The translations under genes and the position numbers were made by a program. The notes under the pieces were generated by a model. It was not told the origin of the DNA. It saw only the letters and a program-made list of their open reading frames with translations, and searched no databases. From assembly GCF_006345805.1 (NCBI RefSeq), contig NC_043006.1, forward strand, positions 18,972,001 through 19,036,000: DNA of 64,000 nucleotides, written 5' to 3'. Each line of letters begins with the position of its first letter. The first letter of the stretch is position 1. Origin of the DNA: Octopus sinensis (Eukaryota). Positions 11,877-24,258 of this stretch are shown one piece after another.

Positions 11877-13256
11877 CTAGCAATATGACCCGGCGTTGCC
11901 GGGTCTGGTGCTAGTGCTTGTTGTTCGTTGCCGGGTCGCAGTAAAAAATTCTCACTAAATCAAGAGCTAAGTTTCTTATTACATTTCAGCCCGGGTCAGT
12001 TTTGTTGTTTATGAGCTAGTTGGAGGTTTTTATGAGAGTAATTGATATTCGTTGGACTTCGGTTTTCACACCTGGAACGGCATAATTATGGAAAATTAGC
12101 GGGACTGCGCACAAAAAAGGAGGCAGAAGAAAGCGAAAAACTCGAATTTGGTCGCAAAATAGCGTGATTTTGAAAATACACATAAATCTCGTTTGTTGAG
12201 TTTTGGTTTCACATCCAACCCAGTTCTGCGCAATCAGTGTCGCGACGGGAACGTATGGATTGGGAGTTTGACTGGCGGAGGTGATCAAGTTGCACATGCC
12301 AGCCCTTATGACACCAACCCCCTCGTCCTATGAGTGAATAGCAATAGCGGGAAGAAAAGTGCTGATTCCGGCGAAAAGGCAGAGCAATTAGAGCACAAAA
12401 AACAGCATTCAAAGGGATTTTCTGAGTATGACGCATTGAAGCAAGTAACGCAGTAAGGTCAATAGTTATAGGTTCACGACGCATAGAAGCAGGTAAGACA
12501 CCAAGGTTAACTAAGGTATAAATAATAGGTATGCCTTTTCACCGGAAGGCTAATTGGGCTCCCGATCTACTGAAACGAAGGAGGTTAGGTTCGGAACACA
12601 ACTAAGCCTTCAACTAAAACCTAGACTAACCTTTCGGAAGGGGGCTCGTGAGCCTCTAAAAGGCATCTTCTAATTCCGATCTATCACTAACTCATCCTAC
12701 ATGGCTGTAGAGGAAATTGGCTGTGGAGATGTGCGTGGCGGGTTTGTTTCGGAGGAGGACGACTTCATTGGATTAAAGATCATTGAAGAACGAAGCTTTC
12801 GGGATCCTAACTCGTTATTCCCTACATTTCTCAAATTAAAAAAAGCGTGCACGTTTGAAAGCCAAAACACATGACAACGCGTCTTCGCAAAATACAAAAA
12901 CAGACTGTCTGCAAATTCGCACGCGCATTCAACTGCCAAGTGTAAAATTATCTCCGTCCAATCAAAAATCAGCTGGCAGTCTATTGGTGTATCTAGCTGT
13001 ACGCACGCACCGCGTACAAATTTCTATGCGATTTTGAATGGATATGCCCATAAATTATGGGCATAAGGGGTCGGTTTATCGATTTTTTAAATGGATTTCT
13101 GGGGTGACTGGGGAAATGAAAAGATCTTCACGACCACCCTCAGACAGTTTTGAAAGCCCATAGAAAATACGAACCTGTTACGAGAACAACTGTGATTTGT
13201 ATAAAGGACACACAGACACAAAGATACACAGACATTTTGCCGCTTAGAGATATAGA
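11877..13256 (-). mobile_element. Non-autonomous Helitron (~1.4 kb)
   Basis: Minus 3' end CCCGGCAACGCCGGG hairpin plus ...GCTAG|T at 11877. 5' end TC(TATA)TCTCTAAGCGGCAAAATGTCTGTGTG at ~13250-13256. Confidence 0.65.
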
Positions 13257-13489
13257 AATATAAAACTGAAGTACTTATCACAGTTATATTGATTCAAAAT
13301 TAATTTTTTAATGCTTTACTTCTACTGTATAATGGTTGTACTTTGTTTTTATTTCACATCTAAGTCATTCCACAAACATTTTCTATTCGTACAAATTCTA
13401 GATTTCTATAGATTAGTGTCCTTCAAGCGTACAAATGCCCTCAATCTCCATAGAAATAGTCATTTTTGTGTGTTTTTTTAATTATCCGA

Positions 13490-13680
13490 TAGCAAGGCAG
13501 AATCATTTGCATTCCGGGCAAATTTCTTAGCGGCATGTTGTCCGTCCTTCTGTTCTGAATTCAAATTCTGCCGTCATCGACTTTGCCTTTCACATATTGG
13601 GGTCGATAAAACAAGCACCACTGGGAATCGATGTAATTGACTTACACTCTTCCTCGAAATTGCTGGCCTTGTGCCAACAT
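13490..13680 (+). mobile_element. SINE family B, diverged copy
   Basis: GGCAGAATC...CTGAATTCAAATTC...GACTTTGCCTTTCA...GGGGTCGATAAA matches 42570-42800. Confidence 0.7.
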
Positions 13681-14006
13681 TAACCGAAAGCAAATTATTT
13701 CTGATTGAATTACTCAGTCAATTAGCTAATTCCTTATTTAATACTGGTTTATTGATGATAACAAGAAGCGATATAAATCCCACTTGTGTGCTTTTATTGG
13801 CAAAATCATTCTCCCGAGATGCAACAACAAATTAGTTCTTGTTTTAATCATTAATGAGATTCTGTTGAATTCTACGAGATACGTGATACTGAAGGTGTGG
13901 TACATGACTTTAGAAATTACGTACTGTGTGCTGCTGATATCTTATGAAAAGAATAAAGATTGCTATTTTGTAGTGTTCAAGAATAACTGTAGAGTGTTTT
14001 ATACAG

Positions 14007-14157
14007 GTATTACTTTATTATTCCACACACTAATTCAGATAGCCAATACAATGGAACAATGTACAGTAGTGTGTACTACTTTGAAGTTCATAATGAGCCT
14101 CATTCCCCACCTCCAACTGCAATAACCATGCAATCTTTGCTCGCTCACGATCTTTAG
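14007..14157 (+). CDS. Candidate exon, unknown gene (YYFIIPHTNSDSQYNGTMYSSVYYFEVHNEPHSPPPTAITMQSLLAHDL*)
   Basis: Acceptor ttttatacag|G and a 49-codon open frame in non-repetitive DNA. No homology recognised. Confidence 0.2.
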
Positions 14158-14715
14158 GTTTCTAGCAGACATGGCGTTCGAAAATATTACCATCAATTTA
14201 CTTTCATTTGCGCTTTCTATATTAATGTAGTCTATCATCAGCACTAAATATTTATTTTACATTTTCCGAACAATATATCTTTGCTTGCATATATTTTGTT
14301 TGCAGTTTGCTTCTCTTAGTTTTCATATTTTTGTTGTGACTACTTTCCAACCTTGCTTTGGAACATCCCTAAGCGAAAATCATGTAACACCCATTTACTC
14401 TTAGAAACAGACAAACGAAACTAAGAAAACTGCCACAAATCTCAGTTCTTACAATTCATAATTTCTCCAAACGATCTTATAATAACCACAACCCAAAATA
14501 CTGGCATCTATCTTTAGTATAAAAGAATATTTCAGCATCCAGCATTTATTAACTCTGTACAGTGATACAATGGAATATTACGTCCACATCTAAGACACTG
14601 ATTTTACATATACATACAACCATCGTAGACCAAATTCAAGAAAAGACGTGCAAAAACTTCCTTGTTTATAAATCGACTGGTCTTGACGCGCCAATAACTG
14701 GCATACCGAACTTAC

Positions 14716-14779
14716 TTTTCTTTTTTCCACTGATTCCAGTGTAACTTCTGTTCCTCGGTGCTGGATCAAACCAGGCCAA
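14716..14779 (-). CDS. Candidate 64-nt exon
   Basis: Acceptor gctttgtgcag and consensus donor AA|GTAAGT; two frames open. Confidence 0.2.
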
Positions 14780-15511
14780 CTGCACAAAGCATACTTTACT
14801 CGTTTCTCCTCTAATCATCTATATTTTGTCTACCCCCAACCAACACTTCGCAATAAACACTAATCTCTACCTTCCCTCTTTAAAACCTCGACTACCAGCA
14901 ATCTTCGCTTTGGGCATGCTTTCTTGCAATCATTAGGAATACCTTTTGATTTACATTACAAATTAGAAATGAGACATCCTATTAGTTTTTCTCAGAACAA
15001 TAGTCATCCAACTTGATAATAGTTAAAAATCATTTATTGTCAAGTTCTTGGAACTTTGCAAAGTGAGTACAGTTTGCAAATTACTCGGTTTTAAAGCTTC
15101 TTATGTTAAAAACTAGCAGTTATCTTCACAGATAAGAGTCACAATATTTTGTTATGATTGTATCAACAATGAATATTTGTCACTTCTACAATATTTCATA
15201 ATGTCAAATAAAGTAGCAAGAAATATTATTAGCGTGCGTCTAATTATCCTATCATATCCATTTGTAATTGCCTTATGAAAGACTATTTCCGCTACTCTAA
15301 GCTATTTTTCATATCGTTAATAAAATAATTCTTCCGAACCGGGGTGACTCTAAATTCTTGAAATCCGTTCCACTCTTCTTGTACTGATACTAGAACAGAT
15401 TCTACTCCAGTACCTTCTTTATCCAGAACTACCAGTCTTAATTGTCTTTCCTCTACCAGTCATAGATGATACATCTTCTCAACGGCTCACACAGTCCCCT
15501 AAATTCGTGTG

Positions 15512-15676
15512 CTATGAGAAGAGGAGAAGTTCAGCCGTGTAGAAGTTTTCACGTGCCTGATTTTTGAGCTTTGTGAACGTTTTCTTCATTTGGTCAAAAA
15601 GAGCATCAACTTTGACAATCGTCTGGCTCAGTCGACCATTTAATGCCATTGGTACAGCCTCTTCATTAAACCCAAA
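15512..15676 (-). CDS. Candidate terminal exon (FGFNEEAVPMALNGRLSQTIVKVDALFDQMKKTFTKLKNQARENFYTAELLLFS*)
   Basis: Polypyrimidine acceptor cttttccttttctttatctaatag and a phase-0 frame open for 54 codons. Could instead be an old TE ORF relic. Confidence 0.3.
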   Translation of the reverse strand, partial: FGFNEEAVPMALNGRLSQTIVKVDALFDQMKKTFTKLKNQARENFYTAELLLFS

Positions 15677-17969
15677 CTATTAGATAAAGAAAAGGAAAAG
15701 TTTCTCTCTATCAACTTCAATAATGCTTACTTCATTAAACATGATTATCCTCGTTCACACGTAGACATTTATATTTGTCATCTTCATGGCAGCATAACGT
15801 ATACACTTCTACCAGACATTACACGTGCTTAAATCAACGGATCGAATTCCGTTATGTAAAACCTTACATCGACCATCCCGTTACAACACATTAATAATCA
15901 ATGAGGGAACATATGTGTTGCAGTTTACCAGCTAGAAATAGCAACCTAATCTGTTTTAACTAATATCTGCGTATCTTTTATAAGGTCGATCATATTATAT
16001 AACGTAGTCGTAAATACCTCTAGCACAATGGTTTTGTTATGGCTGTATTAACTTCTGCAGTAGGTCGGATGGATTTAGAATTAAAACATAGCAACAGACG
16101 TTTTCCCACGACCTCCGTTTATTTCCTTCTACGTCACCACAAACGACCCCATTTCTAAGAGTATCCTGGTCTCCAACCAAATTCAAACATGGATCATTCA
16201 AACACTACCATACAAATACAACATTTCCTCCTTTATTTGTCATACTCCCGTCTTGACTAATCTAAAAGTCCAATTGATATTTTTTTCTAGATGCTACATA
16301 GCTTCTGTTGTATGCATTGATCTACTCTGTCAATGGCTATTTACTGAGAGCTACATCATCAATAAGTTTATCGCTACTGGTTTCACTCATTAAACTACGG
16401 TTATGCTGCTGCACCACTGACAACTGCAACTTCTATAGGTTTTAGACTCTGGACTATGACGATACTGGAGCATCACATTCAAAGATTTCAGTCGTTCATG
16501 TCGGCCATAGTATTGAGTCTTATATGTATTATATCATTCTCTTAACACACAGAATGCAAAGCAATCGTTGTAGTAAGGGGAAACAATTTTGCTGGCTTTA
16601 AAAGTGTAAAGTATTTCTCATTGATTTCTCCGCAGTTCCCGTCTACTTAATTTCAGTCACAAGGTATTGACCAACGTGAAAACAGTTGATGGCATTAAAA
16701 TTATATCTAATTCAATCGAGCCAGAACTCTTGAAGCGATTCTTTTAACCATATGGCCATGGCAACAACTGCAAAGAAAATAGGACAAGGTGATGTTCATA
16801 CTTATTTTTTTTTCTTTCAAATGATGTAAGAAGCCATTTGCACCAAAACAGAATCAAAACCTTTTCGTACGTTTGTGTTTCGGAGAAAAAAGCTACAGCA
16901 AAGTGCTAAGACATGCAAGTAAATGCAGAATATAATAAATTCTATGTCATTCATCCAGGTATTTGAGCAGTTACCAGAGGCTATCAGGGTGTATATTTCA
17001 TTTTATTCTTTTATTCAATCAAAACTAAGATACCATGTTCCTTTTGTTTGCTGATAGCTACTTATCGTGGTTGTTAGGATAATATTCTGAAATAAATTTC
17101 AAAAAAGAATATTTATAATCGAGAATATTGCGATTTAATAATGTAAATACTTTGGAATTTTTCATAAAATATTGCAAAACTCATTTCTCCTTAAACGTAC
17201 ACAGAATGTTTAAACAAGCAATGAAACATGTATGTGATACTATGTTATTATTTTCTGGTGTACTTAAGAACTTTGTTGCTAAGATATCTGTGATATATAA
17301 GATCATTCAGAAATACTGAGAAATTCTTTTAAATCATAGAGAAAGAAGAGAAAACTTTACGCAGTTACTGTGAAATTTCATGACACCATTAATGCTGAGT
17401 AGTATTAAGAATCGTCGTTTTCTATTCTATTGCAATGTAATGTTTGCACTAACATAAGGTTATGTTCAGCATAGTCGTACGAATACACTGACAAAAGTAA
17501 TTTGTAAAGATATTTAGCGAGCAATTCATCATTGTATTGACTTCAACACCACAACATCGAAAATTCAATGTAAAGGTCTTTGAAGCACGTATACAGTATT
17601 TCACTGATTTGCGTTTTATGAAAGAAATATTTCCCATGAAAAGACTGAATAAAGATAATTATTATTTCTAACATGGTATGGACCCATAAATCTTTCGTGA
17701 GTGAGGACACTCACGTCGCTGTTATATGTCTTGTATTAATTTGTCGAATTCAGAGTTTTTTTAATTCTTACTTTGCTGTGTCTGAACGAATAAGAAGTTA
17801 CCAGAGCCTCCCCCGGTTCACCAGGACTTCAGTTTTCTACTTAAGCAGTTGCAATTGTCCACCTGCAGGGAATTCATGAGGGACGAGCAAAGATCGGAGA
17901 AGAAAAAAGAGACATAATCATATATTACAGGGAATTTTTTGTTCTATACACCTCATATTGGGTCATTAC

Positions 17970-17984
17970 CACTACTACTACTAT

Positions 17985-18064
<80 letters not shown>

Positions 18065-18225
18065 TAATAATAATAATAATAATAACAATAAGAAGAAGGA
18101 GGAGGAGGAGGAGGAAGAGGAAGAGGAAGGGAAGAGGAAGAAGAAGAAGAAGAAGAAGAAGAAGAAGAAGAAGAAGAAGAAGAAGAAGAAGAAGAAGAAG
18201 AAGAGAAGAAGAAGAAGAAGAAGAG
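17970..18225. repeat. Compound (ACT)n(AAT)n(AGG)n(AAG)n microsatellite
   Basis: Directly visible. Confidence 0.95.
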
Positions 18226-18529
18226 AGCGCAAATCTCCGCCAAAGCAACACCAAAGTCCTCTCAGCGATTAGCCGGAGATGATTTTTAAAAGGAGAATAT
18301 CTGAAATTAACTCGACTGCTCCCACAAACGAGAATACTAAAATGAACCCGACCGCTCTCAAATATTAACTAAAAAAGACCGAGAAATTAATCCAGAATCC
18401 TTGTCCGGTACCTGATCGATCCCAATGGTAGTCATGGAATGTGAAGATGAGTGTTCGGGCGGTATTTGTAATGCTGTGTGTGTGTCGTCTGCAGTGGGAA
18501 CAGGGACAATTTTCTCTATGAAGGCTTTT

Positions 18530-18705
18530 TTAGTCTAACCACTAATATAGTATCTATACCACCACAAAGGTATATAGTGAAAACTTTATCCATGCGTGAA
18601 AGAAAACAGAACGACCTGCATACGGTGCTGTTAACGGAGGTTTAACAACATCGTTGCGCACAAAAACGTGAGTCCAAGAAGTAAAGCTTCCTTCAAGGCA
18701 GAGCT
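18530..18705 (-). pseudogene. Gypsy LTR-retrotransposon integrase C-terminal (GPY/F) relic
   Basis: Minus frame SWTHVFVRNDVVKPPLTAPYAG matches the HVFVR.D....PL..PY.GP motif. Confidence 0.6.
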
Positions 18706-19004
18706 TGGAAAGTAATTGTCAAGCAGGTAAGAAGTTTTAAACGGGAGCGATATATTCAAAATAGATAAGACTATATATATATATATATATACATGTGTGT
18801 GTGTGTGTATGTGTGTGTGTATGTGTGTGTGCGTATGTATGTATATATATATGTATGTATGTATATATATGTATGTATGTATTATGTATATGTATGTATG
18901 AACAACAACACGTATCGAGCCTACGTTCTGAATTGGATCGACGGTTGAAATTGTTTTAGTACTTATATATCTACATATCTGCAGTATCCTACCAACACAT
19001 GATA

Positions 19005-19250
19005 CCGCTAAGTGATGAGGACGTAACAATACAAACACGGTTGTCACCCGGTGGGGAGCGCAGACACAAACACGCACACACATAGATATATGCATATCTA
19101 TATATACGACGGGCTTCTTTCAGTTTTCCTCTGCCCAATTCACTTACAAGGCTTTGCTCGGCTAGAGACTATAGAAGACACTTCGCGGGGTGCCACGCTG
19201 GAATCATGTGATTTGGAAGCAAAATTCTTATCATACAGCAACACCTGGCA
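19005..19250 (-). mobile_element. SINE family A, diverged partial copy
   Basis: GACGGGCTTCTTTCAGTTT...ACAAGGCTTTG...CTATAGAAGACAC matches family A. Confidence 0.75.
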
Positions 19251-19287
19251 TATGTATGTGGTGGTGGTGGTGGTGGTGGGGTTTCGG

Positions 19288-19331
<44 letters not shown>

Positions 19332-19332
19332 G

Positions 19333-19394
<62 letters not shown>

Positions 19395-19481
19395 ATGTGT
19401 GTGTATGTATGCATATATGTATGTATATATGGAGAGAGAGAATGAGAGAGTGTGTGCGTGTGAGTGAAAGTTTATGCTTAC

Positions 19482-19583
19482 AGAATTTTCTCCTCTTCAG
19501 CTTCCAGGCCCTTATAGCCATATATATTATTATAAATTCTCTTAATATTTATGACTACGAAATAATTTCCTCTAGCTAATGTT
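19482..19583 (-). CDS. Candidate 102-nt symmetric exon (TLARGNYFVVINIKRIYNNIYGYKGLEAEEEKI)
   Basis: Acceptor ...ttttcctcgttataaataatcatag, donor CT|GTAAGC, open frame. Also weakly resembles a LINE endonuclease segment. Confidence 0.25.
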
Positions 19584-20729
19584 CTATGATTATTTATAAC
19601 GAGGAAAACAAGTGATAAGGTACATTGATTTGTTAAAATGGATTAAGTACAGCCCGTTTTTCAATCCCTGTTCGTAACTGGCATTGATTTTACAGACCAC
19701 AGAATGCTGAAAGGAAATGTTTTTTTTTTCCTAACGGGAGCTAATACAAGAGCATGTGTTTTGGAGCCATCGTACTGTTGCTCTGATACTTGTATCTACC
19801 CCGAAGACTGCGAAATAAAATCGATCTCAGCAATTAGGAAGTAAAAAAGAGGGTCCTAAGTAAAAATTATGAGTCAAATTGTCTTACATTCTAATGATTA
19901 TAGCATACATGAGCCTATTTCGATGAACCATTAAATGAGAGAACAAATCAGAATTGCTTCGGAATTTGGAAAGAAAATCAATAAGTCATTAAAAACAAAA
20001 ATAATCTTTCTCCATTGTGAAACTTCCAAACAAATATATATTTAGGAAAATTTATGGAATTTTCCCTTGTAATAAAATCTGATAGCATTGCCAGATACAG
20101 AACGAAGTTTGCCAAAGTAATTTTACTGGCTGATTTTACCACAAATAGTTCTTCTGTCGAAGGAATAACTTATTCAATAGACATGAAATGTAGTTGTCAA
20201 ATTTTGAGATTTATGGTCAACATGAACTTAAAATTGATGTTATAAAAATCAGGTGTTATTTAACAAAATTCTGTAAGAAACAAATAGTTCTTTGCAGAAG
20301 AATTCAATGTGTAATTATGTCTTTTGGTATGTTACCAAAACACTAAATTTTTGATAAAGAAGAATAGAGAATAATGAAGCTATGATGTTCCTGTTTCCAT
20401 TTGCAGTTTAACTAAAGATTGTTTCCATCAATCGAGAATCGAAAACAGCAAGCGAATGCAAATGCTGGCTATTTTTCATTGTCCCCATGCTATTATTCAA
20501 CATTATACAGCAGCATATTCCTCCCCACTGCTCTTTTAATTAATCAACAAGTTTTCAACACTGAAGGGAAACATTTATGTCCTATATACAAATACGTTTT
20601 CAGTCAGTAAAATGGAGTCATTTCAATCGGTGATTGGTACATCATCCCTATTATGATATACTCGCTAAGGAATTCAATAAACCATAGGCGTTTTTTGGCT
20701 TCATTTCATTAACTGCAGAGACCCTTTAG

Positions 20730-20798
20730 TTTTGGAATGGTGAAGGACATGATGCGATTTTCGTGTTTTTCCCCAACTGGAGCAGCGACATTTATAAG
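20730..20798 (+). CDS. Candidate 69-nt phase 0-0 exon (FWNGEGHDAIFVFFPNWSSDIYK)
   Basis: ccctttag| acceptor and AAG|GTACAG donor. Conflicts with a possible minus-strand LINE relic over the same bases. Confidence 0.15.
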
Positions 20799-22612
20799 GT
20801 ACAGTAACTTTCTTCAGAGCTAGAAACTGCAAAATGTTAAAGTATACTAGATTAAGAAATAAGCTTATATCAAGCTAAACTTTTCATACAGTTATTTTAC
20901 CAAACTATTCCATTCTACATATACTACTGGATCTTCATGTTACGATTTGTGAAAATCCTCCAATGTCTATAACTCCTGATAACTTGTATTTAGTACTTAT
21001 TAGACATATTTAAAATGTTATTGCCCAAGTTTTTGTTGCTTGTTTCGGTCGGAAAATTAACTTGTCAACCACTTTATTCGAAGTTAGGCCCTACGGAGCA
21101 GAACTTGGGACAAATACCTGTTACCCTATCTTGGGATTCATTCAATCTTTGAGAGTGAAATTTGATAAAAACAACTGTATAAAATCTCGTTAAAAACGAA
21201 AATAACCACCTTCTAGCTTGAAAATTCGGTATAAATTTAAGAAAGGGAATACTATGACCCAATGATCTAAAACAAATCGATCTTGGCAGGGCTTGAATCA
21301 AACCGAACTAATTCAAACTCTCTATATGTATTTCGATTTGAACTGAACCTCGCCAGAGTGGTACAGATTTGCGTAGCCTTTATTATTTGGTATTACAAAC
21401 ACTATACATCGACAGAACCTATTTTTGAGTGGTGGTCTAAATCAGTCCTTTAGTTTAAAGTCAAAATCTAATCATACTGTTCTTCAGTGCAGTCCTTATA
21501 AATAGTTTCTTTTTCATTCACGAAGAATATCTTTTGAAAACTATTCAGGCCAATAGTTTATATTCTTATAAGGGTATAACAACAGTACAGACCTGATTGA
21601 AAATGGGCCAAACACATCATTGTCTGTCAGATTTAGTGCAATCTGAACTACGCTAAAACTCCTTCTTTTAAGACAGTACAGTGAAATATGAAAGAGATTC
21701 AGTAATTATTTCTAGAAAGTCAAGAAACCACGTACACATCCTCACGTCAGCTTTGTTACACAGAATAAATAACGACAACATAGGAATACAATATATCTAT
21801 GTTTATTGGTTTCTAAACTATGAAAAGCAAATCTTAAATTTTGAAATAGATATGGTTGATTATATCTAACAGGTCATCAACTGTTAATTTTTTCGAGCCT
21901 GTTAGTATGATAGGTAATATCGACAAGAAAGTGTTGTGAATTTAGTTGTGAATAACCCCATTTAAATAACGCTCTGACGATAATAAAATGAGCCGTGTCG
22001 ATAAATATATCTTAAGTCAACAATGGGAATATCTTTTCTTGAAAATATTGGCTTCTAAAGATTTCAGATATGAATTTCACTCACTTTTTCATTATATTTT
22101 CGCATTTCCTTACACTAATATTCCCTGAAGCATTCTTTCTTTCTTCTAATACATACCAATGGTATTATGTTATATATATATATATATTATATATATATAT
22201 ATTAATTTATATATAGAGGGCATTATACATACATGCCGAATGGCATTATACATACATGCCACACGCTAAGAGGGACAATTAGTCATTTCTATCAACCAAA
22301 ATATTACTAATCCCACCGAATGCAATTTTTCAAAGTAAGACATTTAAAAATATAGACCTGTATCACAGTGATTTCATACTTACGTATTCATCAGCAGGCC
22401 TGGATGTATCATACATAAACGACCCTGCCTCGCTTAAGCCGATCAGCTAACTGATCAACACATCAACGAAGCACATGGGTGAGTTACATATATTACATCC
22501 TGTAAATGTCAGACTTTTACGAATTGCATTTCGGGAAAGGAAAAGTTTTTTCGGAATAAAAATTTAGCAATTAAGGACAACTACTTATTAAGTAGTTGTC
22601 CTTAATTGCTAA

Positions 22613-22695
<83 letters not shown>

Positions 22696-22698
22696 TAT

Positions 22699-22964
22699 TG
22701 CAATTCCTTGTACATCGGACAAACGGGACGCCGCTTGGCTGACCGGTTCGCGGAACACACCTTCGTGACATCCACCTTGCGAACGACACACCGGTCTCAC
22801 GCCATTTCCGCTCCACCGGTCACTCCTTGCAACACCTATCTGTGTTCGGTTTGACCTTACACAGAGGCCATCTGGATTCCCGTTTGCGCCGTGAACAGGA
22901 ATTAATCTTCTCTCTTCGCTCTTATACGCCATTTGGTCTCAACTCTCCCCCCCTCCTCATCTAA
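22699..22964 (+). pseudogene. Penelope-like GIY-YIG endonuclease, C-terminal half
   Basis: CNSLYIGQTGRRLADRFAEH / (2-bp insertion at 22759) LRDIHLANDTPVSRHFRSTGHSLQHLSVFGLTLHRGHLDSRLRREQELIFSLRSYTPFGLNSPPLLI*. Not in the ORF track because it lacks an ATG and is frameshifted. Confidence 0.9.
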
Positions 22965-23310
22965 CCCCCCTCTCCCCCCCCCTCCTCACCTATCCTTTCT
23001 CTCTCCCCCGACCCCTACTTCTTCAGTCCTTCATCCTTTCACCCCTACTCCCCTTCCCTTCTTCCCTCTTTCTCTCCCCCCTCTTCCCCTTCCCTCTGCC
23101 CCTCCACTCCCTCTCTCTCCCCTTCTCTCTCTCCCCCTCTCCCTCTTTCCTCCTTCATCCCCCTCCTCACCTTCCTTCTCCCCCATCGTCTCCTCTTCCC
23201 CCTTCTCCTCCCCCTCTTCTTCCCCTCCCCTTCTCTCTCCCCCCTCTTCTCCCCCTCCCCCTCTTCTCCTCACTTCCCCTCCTTTCCCCCCTCCCCCTCT
23301 TCTCCTCACT
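22945..23310 (+). repeat. ~360-bp almost pure C/T tract
   Basis: Directly visible; source of ORFs 22933..23358 and 23031..23309. Confidence 0.9.
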
Positions 23311-23339
23311 ACACCACATGACTTTACACATCACATCAC

Positions 23340-23605
23340 ATATGATGTGCCATACTAATACACACACCAACTAATACATACGAATACGTACTAATACATA
23401 CTATTACATACTAATACTTACACAACCCTATACATACACACGTCCAGACCCCGCATACGCACTTATACTCTCTCTCACACACACACACACACACCTATAC
23501 ATACCAATACGTACTAATACATACTAATACATACTAATACATACACCAACCCCATACATACGCACGTCCAGACCAATCTTACGCACTAATACTCTCTCAT
23601 ACACA

Positions 23606-23636
<31 letters not shown>

Positions 23637-23705
23637 CCGTACATACTAATACATACAACATACCCAACCCTATACATACACACATCCAGACCCCTCCCAC
23701 GCACT
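23340..23705 (+). repeat. Three ~130-bp tandem units [(CATACTAATA)n...CAACCCTATACATACACACGTCCAGACC...(CA)n]
   Basis: GTCCAGACC/ATCCAGACC recurs at ~23442, 23567 and 23685. Confidence 0.75.
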
Positions 23706-23875
23706 TTTAGCTGGTCACTCAACCCTTTTATCAACCCTATTATCTCCCCTTATTTCGCTCTCGCGTCTCATGTTTGATCTTTGACCTCTGGCCGAAATCA
23801 GATCGCCATGTTGATTCGTTAGCTACTGCACGCATTTTTTTTCTCTCCTTCTTTCTGTTTTTCTCTCTCTGTGTA

Positions 23876-23913
23876 TCTTTCTGTTGAAGAGCGTAGGCTC
23901 GAAACGTTAAAGA
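23876..23913 (+). ncRNA. Minimal hammerhead-like motif with variant core (CUGUUGA)
   Basis: TCTTT-CTGTTGA-a-GAGC gtag GCTC-GAAA-CG-TT-AAAGA. Stems I and II perfect, stem III is only the palindrome ACGT, A6 is replaced by U. Confidence 0.55.
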
Positions 23914-24215
23914 CTTGTTTTATTTATATTTCCTGAGCGCCATACTAATACAATTGTTCGTTTGTCTTCCACCTGCCTTCGTCTTTTGTTTATTTTCATA
24001 AAGCTTCCCGTTATATATATATATATATATATAAATAATAAATATTAGGGAATATATCCAAATTTACAGGGAAAAAAAAAATCAGATTTAGGATTAAATC
24101 CAATTTTATAGTAAAATATTATAAAATATTATTTGAGACAAAACCACTATTTTGCAAAACAAACAAGGAAAGACTTAATCAATACATAAAATTTAATAAA
24201 TAGTCAAAAAAACCG

Positions 24216-24258
24216 CCACTACAATCGTTTCTTGTCTTGATCGACAATCTTCAGGTGG
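24216..24258 (-). ncRNA. Minimal type-I hammerhead ribozyme (left arm)
   Basis: Minus strand: CCAC-CTGAAGA-TTGTC gatcaa GACAA-GAAA-C gatt G-TA-GTGG. Core intact; identical to the 27675 copy. Confidence 0.85.

Larger units (their letters stand above)
22699..24012 (+). mobile_element. 5'-truncated Penelope-like element (endonuclease, long 3' UTR, pseudo-LTR with hammerhead)
   Basis: GIY-YIG end, then polypyrimidine tract, tandem subrepeats and hammerhead motif. (TA)n on both flanks. Confidence 0.8.

Noticed and set aside
13784-14125. 113-aa ORF in non-repetitive DNA
   Set aside because: No recognisable domain; overlaps open frames in another phase and on the other strand, so coding status is undecidable.
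14830-15500. Gypsy integrase-like words (LVVLD, TNG..R.RTL) and a polypurine tract on minus
   Set aside because: Motif spacing does not fit an integrase core and there are many stops.
17770-17900. Strong minus-strand acceptor (ccctgcag) and donors
   Set aside because: All three frames contain stops; KTEVL suggests an old LINE RT relic.
20590-20830. Minus-strand frame resembling a LINE AP-endonuclease (LINVAAP..., LWFIEF..IIIGMMYQSP)
   Set aside because: Only motif-level resemblance with several stops; too weak to annotate.
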